In this document: piece after piece, positions 1 through 9,102 of the stretch
Numbering within the stretch: the stretch's first letter is position 1
How the letters are laid out: every line of letters starts with the position of its first letter
Source of the DNA: Myxococcales bacterium
GTDB taxonomy: Bacteria; Myxococcota_A; UBA9042
Direction of reading: 5' to 3'
Assembly (NCBI GenBank): GCA_009692465.1
Contig: SHZD01000005.1
Location: forward strand, 689 to 64,688
DNA length: 64,000 bases
Notes under the pieces: model-generated
What the model was told of the DNA's origin: nothing
The model's database searches: none
Seen by the model: the letters and a program-made list of their open reading frames with translations, nothing else
Made by a program: the position numbers and the translations under genes

Positions 1-396
1 GCACAAGCGAATTTCGATGGACTGCCCCACGGCGGCTTGTTGTTGTCGCGGGCCACTGTGTTTGGCGTTGGCGAATTCATCGGCAGCAACGTCGTCGATG
101 TGGTGGCGCCCCGCGACAGTGCCTATGGCGAGTTGGCGCTAAACCGCTCGCCGACGGCAAGGTTGCGCGGCAGCGAACTGGCCATTTTGACACCTGAAGA
201 CTTTGTGGTGTTCAAAGCTATCTCCGACCGGCCTGTCGATTTAGAAGACGCGGCGTCGGTGGTGGCCCGGATGGCCGGCGACCTCGACATTGGGGGCATC
301 GCTTTGCAGATCAAAAGGTTGGCGCCGCAAGTGAGTTCGGTCAATGTGCTCGACCGCTGGGCCACCATTCAAATGCGGGCGTGCAGCTTCAGGTAG
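1..396 (+). CDS. hypothetical protein, 5' partial (reading frame open to the window start)
   Basis: ORF 37..396 in the track starts at a TTG, and the same frame has no stop back to base 1. Codon usage looks protein-like. No family recognised. Confidence 0.35.
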   Translation, partial: AQANFDGLPHGGLLLSRATVFGVGEFIGSNVVDVVAPRDSAYGELALNRSPTARLRGSELAILTPEDFVVFKAISDRPVDLEDAASVVARMAGDLDIGGIALQIKRLAPQVSSVNVLDRWATIQMRACSFR

Positions 397-448
397 CGAT
401 CCCCGCCACCCTCGCCAGGCAGCAGTTGGCGCCGCAGCGCGGGTGACC

Positions 449-988
449 TCAACCAAACTCTATCGAAACAATCGTATAATTGCGGACCCCCGCCGGAGTC
501 TGCACCCGCACATCGTCGTCCACTTGCTTGCCCAATAGCGCCGCGCCGACTGGCGATTTGTAACTGATCAAGCCGGCGGCGATATCAATTTCGTCCGGAC
601 CCACCAGCGTCCACGTCCGGCATTGGCCACTGGCATCGGCTGCAGTAATGGTCGCCCCAAAAGCGCAGCGAGTGTGGTCGCGCTGCTCACTAGGCTGCAC
701 CACGACTAGCTGACGCAACCGCGCCTCGAGAAACAGCAAACGTCGGTCAATTTCGCGCAATCGCCGCTTGCCGTAGATGTATTCGGCGTTTTCAGAGCGA
801 TCGCCCATCGCGGCGGCATCGGCGACATCGCGGACGATTTTAGGGCGCTCGCGCCGCAGCAACTCGGTATGCTCGGTGCGCAACTGCTCCATACCGTGAA
901 TGGAAATGTAGGTGGGACCAGCGGCTTGACCGAGCCGGTCAGCTGGGTCGTCGTCATCGTCCAATACGCTGGAGTCGGCGGTGGTCAC
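449..988 (-). CDS. greA: transcription elongation factor GreA/GreB family
   Basis: Conserved GDRSENAEY coiled-coil tip motif, followed by the C-terminal FKBP-like region (ISYKSPVGAALLGKQVDDDVRVQTPAGVRNYTIVSIEF). The ORF start gives a roughly 20-aa acidic (DDDDD) N-terminal extension, so the true start may be internal. Confidence 0.85.
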   Translation of the reverse strand: MTTADSSVLDDDDDPADRLGQAAGPTYISIHGMEQLRTEHTELLRRERPKIVRDVADAAAMGDRSENAEYIYGKRRLREIDRRLLFLEARLRQLVVVQPSEQRDHTRCAFGATITAADASGQCRTWTLVGPDEIDIAAGLISYKSPVGAALLGKQVDDDVRVQTPAGVRNYTIVSIEFG

Positions 989-1032
989 GGCGCTTCACGC
1001 AGGCGCCCACAGCAAACAAGCGCGCCGGTAGT

Positions 1033-2481
1033 GTGCCCATTGCGCATACGCTGTCGAGTTTTGGTCCCAAGCGCCGACGGCCGCCAGTGTTGTTGGTTGC
1101 CACCTTTGCTAAAAAACCCCAGCCGCCCTACCTTCGGCCCATGCTCGAAGGCCGTGCCGCCATTGTCGCCGCCATTTTCGCCGATTTGGTCGACCGTTTG
1201 GGCCGCAACCGGGTGGTGGTGGGCGACGATGCGCGCCGCGCCTGCGGTTGGCCAAGTGGCGGTCGCGACGGCCCGCTGGCGGTGGCCCTGCCCGCCAACG
1301 CCGAACAAGTCGAAGCGGTGGTCCGCATCGGCAAGACTCGCCACGCCCCGTTGCTCCCGCGGCTGCGCTTGCCGGTGCAGTACCCCGACGAAGTCCGCGA
1401 CGTGCTGATCGTCGATTGCAGCGGTCTGCAGGCGCCGCCGATTATCGATATCGGCCGCCGCACCGCCACGGTCGGCGTCGGCACGCCAGCGGCGTTGGTC
1501 GATCGGCAGGCCCGGCAAGCGCGATTGTGTCTGCGCACCATGCCGGCGTTTGACGACGGCGCGCGCATTGGCGCGCTGGTGGCGTGTGGCGATCCGGGCG
1601 ATCTGGGCAGCGGTGCGGGCAGTTTGTTGCAGGACGTGGTCGGCGCCGAAATCGTGACCGGCGGCGGTCGGTTGGTGCAGTTGGGCGCCGCCGACTGGAT
1701 CGGCCAGCAGCCGTGGCTGCCCGTCGGGCTGGGCAATCCGCTGGGCCAACTGTTGGGCAGCGAGGGCCGGTTGGGGATTGTGTGTTCGGTGACCTTGCGC
1801 CTGCACCCGGCGCCCGATACCGCGTGGCTGACCGCGAGCGGGCCGGCCAGTCGCCCAGCGCTGCTCAGTCTGGCCTCGCTGGCTCGACAGGCACTGAGCG
1901 TCCAAGCGTGCGACACGGTGCTGGGCCGCGAGCGCGATGAACTCCTGCAGGTGGATGTGCGCGTCGCGGCGTGGGATGCAGCTGACTTGCCAGCGGCGCA
2001 AGCGCGCCTGCAGCGCCTGGCTGAACAGCACCAACTGCGCCTGACCACTGCTGTTAGCGAAGGACGGCGCGTCAAGTTGGGTATGCAGCAAGGCCAGTGG
2101 CCTGCAGCGGTCGACCATGGCCCGGTCGTCGACGTGCTGGTGGGCTGGCCGGACGTGCCGACGCTATGGGACGTGACCCAAGCGCTGTACGGCGAAGCGG
2201 GGCGACCACCGCAGCGGATTTGGAGCTTTGGCCACGACGGGGCGCGCCTGCGCTGCGTGGTCACGGTCGATGCTGCAGGGGGCCAACGCATCGACACTCA
2301 CCCGATTGTGGCGCGGGCGGGAGCGCTGTTTGACGCCGGCGCCGTGCCGACTCACGTTGGATCGCTGCTGCGACCTGCTGCGCGGGAACGCATGCCGACA
2401 GCGGCCAAGGTGCTGGGCGCGGCCTTACAACGAGCGTGGGATCCTGAAGGTAATTTGGCGGGGAAAACAGGGATCTGGTAG
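1033..2481 (+). CDS. FAD-binding (PCMH-type) oxidoreductase, GlcE/GlcD-like FAD-linked oxidase
   Basis: N-terminal FAD-binding region (LAVALPANAEQVEAVVRIG) and the C-terminal signature of FAD-linked oxidases (LQRAWDPEGNLAGKTGIW). The true start is probably the internal ATG near 1141 (MLEGRAAIV...). Confidence 0.7.
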   Translation: MPIAHTLSSFGPKRRRPPVLLVATFAKKPQPPYLRPMLEGRAAIVAAIFADLVDRLGRNRVVVGDDARRACGWPSGGRDGPLAVALPANAEQVEAVVRIGKTRHAPLLPRLRLPVQYPDEVRDVLIVDCSGLQAPPIIDIGRRTATVGVGTPAALVDRQARQARLCLRTMPAFDDGARIGALVACGDPGDLGSGAGSLLQDVVGAEIVTGGGRLVQLGAADWIGQQPWLPVGLGNPLGQLLGSEGRLGIVCSVTLRLHPAPDTAWLTASGPASRPALLSLASLARQALSVQACDTVLGRERDELLQVDVRVAAWDAADLPAAQARLQRLAEQHQLRLTTAVSEGRRVKLGMQQGQWPAAVDHGPVVDVLVGWPDVPTLWDVTQALYGEAGRPPQRIWSFGHDGARLRCVVTVDAAGGQRIDTHPIVARAGALFDAGAVPTHVGSLLRPAARERMPTAAKVLGAALQRAWDPEGNLAGKTGIW

Positions 2482-2512
2482 GCCAATCAGCGCAGCCAGA
2501 CTCGCTGCGCTG

Positions 2513-2782
2513 GAGAGCCGATCAACTAAGATTTGCTCGGCGTCTCAGTGCTGGCTTTGTGGGTCGCGAGCCCGCGCCCGAGGCGTCAGGCCGCTCCGTT
2601 TTATTTGGGAATTCTTTGAGGTTCGGCGTTAATTGGTCGAGTCTCTAGAGAGCCGATCAACTAAGATTTGCTCGGCGTCTCAGTGCTGGCTTTGTGGGTC
2701 GCGAGCCTGCGCCCGAGGCGTCAGGCCGCTCCGTTTTATTTGGGAATTCTTTGAGGTTCGGCGTTAATTGGTCGAGTCTCTA
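2513..2782. repeat. 135-bp tandem direct duplication (2 near-identical copies, 1 mismatch)
   Basis: The unit beginning gagagccgatcaactaagatttgctcggcgtctcagtgctggc and ending ggttcggcgttaattggtcgagtctctag occurs at 2513-2647 and again at 2648-2782. It sits in the convergent intergenic region between the FAD oxidase and the TSP3 gene. Confidence 0.9.
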
Positions 2783-2791
2783 GCCGTACCG

Positions 2792-5700
2792 CTAGTTCTC
2801 ATCCGCCCGCATACTGGGTCCGCCCAAAATTTTGTCCGGCGGCCCATAGCGAACCATGGCGATCGGACGCACCGCCGGCACTCCCGCGCCGGGCCACAGC
2901 CCCACAGTGGTGCCCGCAGTCAGGTAAATCCCGTCGTCGATTGGAAAATTGAGGGCGAACGCCGCCTCCAGCTTTTCGTCATTGCGATCGCCAAACGGCT
3001 TGAGCAACGGCGTCTCGTGGGTCAGCCCTAAGTCCATCCACACTCCGCTGGGCATCCACGGGTTTTTCCAATTGCCGCGCACCACGGTCGGATTGAGGCT
3101 GCCCGCCACGCTCCAGCGAAAGGCCGGGCCGTCGTCGACCGCAAAAGTAGAGCGAGTGGCCTGCAACCGTGCTGCCGCCGACATGGCAATGCGCCACGGC
3201 CCAAACTGCCCTGAAACCAACGCAGTCGGCGTAAACGTGGGTCCCGGGCGGCCCAGGTATTGCACCGGATCGCCGGCCGGAATGGTCGCCCACAGCATCG
3301 CCGCGTAGCCCCACTCGCCAATGCGGTCGGCACGAAACACATACTTGGCGGCAATGGCAATGTCGGCAATCGCCGGTTCGCTGGGCAGTGGTCCCGAGTC
3401 CGGGCCGAACAGACTGGGCCGCTGACCGACTTGCCACAAGCTGACCGGCACCACCACCCCCAACGTAAAGTGATCGAACACCCGCATCGCCAGTACCGCA
3501 TCGAACTGCATGCGACTTTCGACCAGCGGCCGCAGCACTTTGGACTCGGTGCCGACGACCAGTGGCCGCCACGCAATCTGGCCCTGACCGGCCACTGATA
3601 GCCCGTACAACTCCAGCTCGCGCGCCGACTCCGTTAGCGCGATGCCGGTCCCGTCCAACGTCGGCCGCCCGCTAGTGATATCGGGAGGCTGCAAGGCCAG
3701 CGCCGGAGCCGTTAGCGCCAGCAAGCTCGCAGCCGTCGCCACTACCGCGCGCGGCAACCGCCGTCGAACCACCACCAGCGCCACCAGCACCAGCAAGATC
3801 AACCAGTTGCTGCTGGTGCCGGGACTGGAAGCACTGGCACTGCAAGCAGACAGCGGCGAGGTCCCGCGCAAGTGGGCGCCCTGTTCCAAGGTGTCGAGGT
3901 CGTCGCTGGGATCCAAGGGGTTGGTGTTCAACTCCAGGATTTCAATGCCATCGTTCAGCCCACCGCCATCGGTATCGGGGTTGCGCGGATTGGTGCGATA
4001 CAGCAACACCTCGTCGCCGTCGGGCAACCGGTCGCCGTCACTGTCCGGGTCGCGGTAATCGGGCTTGCCATCGCCATCGGAGTCGAGCGGTTTTTGCAGC
4101 AATCCGGGTACGCTGCCGTTTTCCAACTGATCGGGCACTTGATCGTTGTCACTGTCAGGGTCCAAGGCGTCGATCAGCGTATCGCCATCCGTGTCGAGCG
4201 GCGCCACCGGATTTTGCACCTCGACATTGTCCCAAATGCCATCGGCGTCGGTATCGGCCTTGAGCGGGTCCAAGCCCAACTTGACTTCGATGGCATTGGC
4301 CAACGTATCACCGTCGAAGTCGCCGTCGTTGATGACGTCGTCGGCGGGGTTTTCGGGGTCTGTTTCGCCCTGATCGATGCGCCCATCATGGCTGAAATCC
4401 TCTTTGCCATCGGGCAGTCCGGCATGGTCCGAATCTGGCACTCGCGCCAGGGTGCGCGTCTGCGGATCCTTGTCGGCGATGAACACGTTAGACCCCAACG
4501 CGGTGTATTTCGGCAGCGGCAGCGTCAATTCGGTCAGGCCCAGCTCGGTGCCGTCAAACAAATCGTCACCGTCGGAGTCTTCGTCCAGCGCATCAATTAG
4601 GCCATCCCCGTCGCTATCAAATGCGAAATTGGCCTCGTTGCCGTCGGGCACGCCGTCGTCGTCGCTGTCGCCGTCGCTGATCTTGGTCCCGAGTAACTTT
4701 TCGCCGTCGTCACAAATGCCGTCACCGTCGCTGTCTGGCAGCGCGTTTTTCTTGTCGCCATCGCGCGGGTCGCCCTCATTGGCATCCACGTTGCCGTTGC
4801 GATTGACGTCTTCATAGCCGTCCGCTTGGCCGTCGCCGTCGGAGTCAGGGGCGCACGGAAACGAGCGCGACATCGATTGGGCATCCGGCCGATAAAAGCC
4901 TTTGGCTTCATTAGTTCCGGCTGAACCTGTGCCGGCTTCCACCGGCTTGACGACGCCCATTTCGGTGCCATCCGCCAAGCCGTCGTTGTCGCTGTCCGGG
5001 TCGAGCGCCCCCGGCAAGCCATCGCCATCACTGTCGAAAAGGGCGTTGGGCTCGGCGCCGTCGGCGACGCCATCGTCATCGCTGTCGCGGTCGGTGCTGC
5101 TGGTGCCCGCGCGCAGTTCTTCAAAGTCGCTCAGGCCATCGCCATCGGTGTCGGCAAATTTGGGTGTGCTCAGTGGATCTTCGGGGTCACTTTCGCCACT
5201 GTCGACCTTGCCGTTGCCGTTGAAGTCCTCCAGCCCCTCGCGAAAGCCGTCGCCATCGCTGTCGGCGCGCAGTGGACTGGTGGCGGTGGTCGGATCGGCA
5301 TCGGCGCTGAAGTTGCGACGCAACAGCCAAGTGGCTTTAGCAGTGGCGGCGACATTGCGCTCAGTGCCGTCGGACAGGCCGTCATTGTCGCTGTCGGCGT
5401 CGTTGCCGCACGGGGCGCCATCGCGATCGACGTCGAGACTGAAATTCCACTCGTTGCCATCGAAAATGCCGTCGTCATCACTGTCGGCGTCATAGGGATC
5501 GGTGCCAACCTCGTTCTCTTCGAAGTCGGGCAAACCGTCGCCATCGGCGTCGGCCAATGAACCGGACGAAGTCGACAGTGCTGGATTGGTTTCACCATCG
5601 GCAACCTGCAGTTTACCATCGTGATTCCAATCCTCAGCGCCGTCACGCACCCCATCACTGTCGGTGTCGGCAGCATCGGGGTTGGTGGTGGCACTAGGAT

Positions 5701-8700
5701 CGGCATCGGCCGCAAAGGCACGGCTCAACAAGTCGGTGTCGCTGTCGATCTTATCGGCGGTCTTGCCGGACTCCACGCTGTCCCACACGCCATCATTGTC
5801 GCGATCGGCGTCCAGCGCGCCGATCAGACCGTCGCCATCGCCATCGACCGGCGGTTCCTCGCCGTCGAGCAAGCCGTCATCGTCACTGTCCCGGTCTTTG
5901 GGTCCGGTGCCCAGTTCGACTTCTGGACCGTCCATCATGCCGTCGCCATCGCTGTCTGGCTGGGTGCGGTCGGTGCCGTACTTCTTCTCCGCGGCATCGG
6001 ACAGTTCATCGCCGTCGCTGTCTAAAGCGCGAAAATCGGCCTCGCCATTGCCATCGCTGTCTTTGGGCGCAGTCTTCCAGTCGGCATCGCCGGCTTCACT
6101 GGCGTCGTCCCAGCCGTCATCGTCACTGTCCAAGTCCTTGGCATCTTGCTTGCCGTCGCCGTCCGTGTCGACCGCTTGGCCACCTGGCGCCTCGTGACCA
6201 TCCGCAATGGTGTCGCCGTCACTGTCTGGATTCTTGGGATCCAAACCAATTTTAATTTCAACTGGATTCTTGAGCCCATCGCCGTCCAAATCGCCGCTGG
6301 TGTCATCGGCAGGGTCGAGCGGATTGGTGCCGTCTTGGGTTTCGACGCCATCGCCAGTGCCGCCCTTGTCGGTGTCGGCCTTGTTGGGGTCGGTCTCGCT
6401 GGCGTCGACAGCGCCGTTCTTGTTTTTGTCTTCGCCAGCGTCGAAAAGGCCGTCGCCATCGCTGTCTTTGGAAAGCGGATTGGTTTGGCTGGTGGGATCC
6501 TTGTCGCCGGTTTTGCCCAATTCCAAACCGTCGCCCAAGCCGTCACCGTCGCTGTCGGCCAAGCTGGGGTTGGTCTCGTTGCCGTCCACTTTGCCGTTTT
6601 TGCTGGCATCTTCGACGGCGTCGGTCAAGCCATCGCCATCGGTGTCCGCCGCTTTGGGGTTGGTGGTGGTGCTCGAATCGGCATCGCCCTTCTTGCCCAG
6701 CTCCAGACCGTCAGGCAAGCCGTCGCCATCAGTGTCCACCACCAACGGGTTGGTGCCATGGAAATTGACCTCCAGCCCATCCGAAACGCCATCGCCGTCG
6801 CTATCGGCTGCAGTCGGATCAGTTTCGCCTTTGGTTTTGTCCCACACCCCGTCTTTGTTGGCGTCTTCGCTGCCATCGGCTAGGCCATCGCTGTCGCTGT
6901 CGTCTTTCTTGGGGTTAGACTCGCCATTTTCGACGACGCCGTTCTTGTTCTTGTCCTCGACTCCATCGCTAATTCCATCGGCGTCTGAATCGGCGACATT
7001 GGGATCCGTACCTTGAAAATTAATGAACTTTCCACCGTATTTGGCGTTGACCTCGGTCTTGTCCAGCAACCCGTCACCGTCGCTGTCCTTGGCGCGCGGG
7101 TTGGTGGGGTTGGCGATCGGCAGGCCTTTGTCGTCCGGCTTTTTGACTTGATATTCGCCGATGTTCGTCAGGCCATCGCCGTCGCTATCCAGTCCAGCAT
7201 CGCTGCCGTCCAGGGGCAAAAGGGGCGGGCCTTCGCCAGCCTTGGCGGCATATTTGGATTCCCAGCCATCATCCATGCCGTCGGCATCGGTGTCTTTCTG
7301 GGTCGGATCGGTTTCGCCTAGCGCTGGCTCCCATTTGCCGTTGTGATTGAGGTCTTCCGCACCGTCTGCCAAGCCGTCGCCATCGCTGTCCAAGGTCAAC
7401 GGCGCCGACGTCGTCGCCGGATCGACATCGGCCTGAAACGCAATTTTAGTCGCCTGCGGGTCCTTGGCCGAAATCTGGACTTGGGTTTTGCCCAGTTCAA
7501 CGGCATCGCTGAGGCCATCGCCATCGGTGTCAAATAACAAGGGGCTGGTGCCACCTTCGATGGTAACCCCGGTCCCATCGGTCGCGATCCCGCCCTCGGA
7601 GCCATCCAAGATGCCGTCATCATCGGTGTCGGCATCTTTGGGGTTGGTGACCAACCGGTCTTTGAGCGCAAAAACCTCCTGGCCGTCGCCGATGCCGTCA
7701 CCGTCGCCGTCGCCGTCGTTGGCATTGGTTTTGCTGACCTCGGCTTCGTACTTGGTCGACAAGCCATCGCCGTCCAGATCCTTGCCGGTGTCGTCGGCTG
7801 CCACTTTGGGATCCGTGCCGTCGCTGACTTCGACCGGATCGAGCACGCCGCCGCCATCCGTATCCGCAATTAACGGGTTGATACCCAACTGCACTTCTTT
7901 GCCGTCGCTGAGCGAATCCCAATCGGTGTCCATCACCAATGGATTGGTTTTGTGCAGGTTAACTTCGGGGCCATCGGCCAGCCCATCGCCATCGGTGTCG
8001 GCCTTGAGCGGATCGGTGCCCACCGCTTTGCTCACTTCGCTGCCATCGCTCAGGCCATCGGCATCGGTATCAGCAACGTCGGGTTTGGTCTTGTAGACGG
8101 TCACTTCCTCGCCGTCGGCCAGACCGTCATCATCGGTGTCTTTGTCAAGGCGATCGGTGTTGTACACATTGACTTCTTTCCAGTCCGACAAGTTGTCGCC
8201 GTCGTTGTCCTTCTTGTCGTCGCTGGGATCGGTCGGATTGGTGCCGTCGATCAACACTTCGGCGCCGTCATCGGAAAACCCATTGTCGCTATCGACTTGC
8301 AGCGGATTGCTCTTGGTCACTTGCAATTCGACGTTATCGGGCAGGCCATCGCCATCGGTGTCGACCTTAACCGGCGAGGTCTTGAACTTGGTCACTTCGG
8401 CAAAGTCGGATAAAAAATCACCATCGGTGTCGGTCTTGAGCGGATTGGTGGCGGCGATACCAGCGACCGGTTCCAGCTCTTCTTTGTCCAAAAGTCCGTC
8501 GCTGTCGGTGTCTTTGAGCGTCGGATCGGTGCCAGCGGCCAATTCCTTGTCATTGGCCAGACCGTCGCCGTCCGGATCGCCGGTCGGTCCTTGACCCAAG
8601 TTGCCAAAGTAGCTGACTTCCCAGCCATCATCGAGGCCATCGGCGTCGGCATCTGCGGGCATCGCCCAACTAGTGGTAGCCCCACTTAGCGCCACTACGC

Positions 8701-8827
8701 AGAGCCAAGCCACCGCAACCAAGGCGCGGTGGCGGGAAAGTCGGTCCAAAGTCAGTTTATCAAGATCAGTACGCATGCCTGTATGGTGAACCGCAGCGAC
8801 CGCCGCAGCAAGTGTCAGCCAAGACAT
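2792..8827 (-). CDS. giant secreted calcium-binding repeat protein with about 45 TSP3-like repeats (DxDxDGxxDxxE), an internal MYXO-CTERM-like motif and a roughly 400-aa C-terminal domain
   Basis: A 2011-aa ORF with an N-terminal signal peptide (ALVAVAWLCVVALSGATTSWA) and about 1550 aa of DTDGDGLSDGxE-type aspartate repeats. Near aa 1600 comes LSACSASASSPGTSSNWLILLVLVALVVVRRRLPR (Cys-Ser, hydrophobic stretch, Arg cluster), followed in frame by a second hydrophobic segment and a 400-aa domain of unknown fold. The other five frames give only low-complexity junk ORFs. Confidence 0.85.
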   Translation of the reverse strand: MSWLTLAAAVAAVHHTGMRTDLDKLTLDRLSRHRALVAVAWLCVVALSGATTSWAMPADADADGLDDGWEVSYFGNLGQGPTGDPDGDGLANDKELAAGTDPTLKDTDSDGLLDKEELEPVAGIAATNPLKTDTDGDFLSDFAEVTKFKTSPVKVDTDGDGLPDNVELQVTKSNPLQVDSDNGFSDDGAEVLIDGTNPTDPSDDKKDNDGDNLSDWKEVNVYNTDRLDKDTDDDGLADGEEVTVYKTKPDVADTDADGLSDGSEVSKAVGTDPLKADTDGDGLADGPEVNLHKTNPLVMDTDWDSLSDGKEVQLGINPLIADTDGGGVLDPVEVSDGTDPKVAADDTGKDLDGDGLSTKYEAEVSKTNANDGDGDGDGIGDGQEVFALKDRLVTNPKDADTDDDGILDGSEGGIATDGTGVTIEGGTSPLLFDTDGDGLSDAVELGKTQVQISAKDPQATKIAFQADVDPATTSAPLTLDSDGDGLADGAEDLNHNGKWEPALGETDPTQKDTDADGMDDGWESKYAAKAGEGPPLLPLDGSDAGLDSDGDGLTNIGEYQVKKPDDKGLPIANPTNPRAKDSDGDGLLDKTEVNAKYGGKFINFQGTDPNVADSDADGISDGVEDKNKNGVVENGESNPKKDDSDSDGLADGSEDANKDGVWDKTKGETDPTAADSDGDGVSDGLEVNFHGTNPLVVDTDGDGLPDGLELGKKGDADSSTTTNPKAADTDGDGLTDAVEDASKNGKVDGNETNPSLADSDGDGLGDGLELGKTGDKDPTSQTNPLSKDSDGDGLFDAGEDKNKNGAVDASETDPNKADTDKGGTGDGVETQDGTNPLDPADDTSGDLDGDGLKNPVEIKIGLDPKNPDSDGDTIADGHEAPGGQAVDTDGDGKQDAKDLDSDDDGWDDASEAGDADWKTAPKDSDGNGEADFRALDSDGDELSDAAEKKYGTDRTQPDSDGDGMMDGPEVELGTGPKDRDSDDDGLLDGEEPPVDGDGDGLIGALDADRDNDGVWDSVESGKTADKIDSDTDLLSRAFAADADPSATTNPDAADTDSDGVRDGAEDWNHDGKLQVADGETNPALSTSSGSLADADGDGLPDFEENEVGTDPYDADSDDDGIFDGNEWNFSLDVDRDGAPCGNDADSDNDGLSDGTERNVAATAKATWLLRRNFSADADPTTATSPLRADSDGDGFREGLEDFNGNGKVDSGESDPEDPLSTPKFADTDGDGLSDFEELRAGTSSTDRDSDDDGVADGAEPNALFDSDGDGLPGALDPDSDNDGLADGTEMGVVKPVEAGTGSAGTNEAKGFYRPDAQSMSRSFPCAPDSDGDGQADGYEDVNRNGNVDANEGDPRDGDKKNALPDSDGDGICDDGEKLLGTKISDGDSDDDGVPDGNEANFAFDSDGDGLIDALDEDSDGDDLFDGTELGLTELTLPLPKYTALGSNVFIADKDPQTRTLARVPDSDHAGLPDGKEDFSHDGRIDQGETDPENPADDVINDGDFDGDTLANAIEVKLGLDPLKADTDADGIWDNVEVQNPVAPLDTDGDTLIDALDPDSDNDQVPDQLENGSVPGLLQKPLDSDGDGKPDYRDPDSDGDRLPDGDEVLLYRTNPRNPDTDGGGLNDGIEILELNTNPLDPSDDLDTLEQGAHLRGTSPLSACSASASSPGTSSNWLILLVLVALVVVRRRLPRAVVATAASLLALTAPALALQPPDITSGRPTLDGTGIALTESARELELYGLSVAGQGQIAWRPLVVGTESKVLRPLVESRMQFDAVLAMRVFDHFTLGVVVPVSLWQVGQRPSLFGPDSGPLPSEPAIADIAIAAKYVFRADRIGEWGYAAMLWATIPAGDPVQYLGRPGPTFTPTALVSGQFGPWRIAMSAAARLQATRSTFAVDDGPAFRWSVAGSLNPTVVRGNWKNPWMPSGVWMDLGLTHETPLLKPFGDRNDEKLEAAFALNFPIDDGIYLTAGTTVGLWPGAGVPAVRPIAMVRYGPPDKILGGPSMRADEN

Positions 8828-8884
8828 GTAGTTTATTCAGCCTATTGTGACTCAAACTGAGCAAACCGTGGTTTGTGCGTGCAA

Positions 8885-9080
8885 AGCGACAAGGGGTGGG
8901 CCGCCCAAATTTCCCAACCGAAATTGTGCGCGACCGCCGATTTGGGATGCTAGTGCTCCGTCGCTCGCTGGCGCTCGACAAGGCGCAAGGAGCTGAACGA
9001 TTGAGCCGTACTTGCGTATGGCGATTGAGAGAAGCGCCGCAGCAACGCACAGATGCGCCCAAAGCGGGGGATCGCGGGCC
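8885..9080. repeat. dispersed repeat family 2, copy A (about 190 bp)
   Basis: Shares ccaaattt..accgaaatt...ccgatttgggatgc.agtgc.c.gtcgctcg...cgacaagg.gcaaggagct...cagatgcgcccaaagcgggggatcgcggg with 30897-31085. Confidence 0.7.
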
Positions 9081-9102
9081 GGGGCTGACCTTGCAATGGC
9101 GG

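Noticed and set aside
985-2297. Minus-strand ORFs of 377 and 389 aa
   Set aside because: Antisense to the FAD-linked oxidase. Arg/Pro-rich junk.
3872-8594. Many plus-strand and alternative-frame ORFs inside the TSP3 gene (e.g. 4902..5495, 6207..7016, 7464..8096)
   Set aside because: Ser/Pro-rich products generated by reading the Asp-repeat DNA in other frames. The minus-strand TSP3 frame is the only one with a coherent domain structure.
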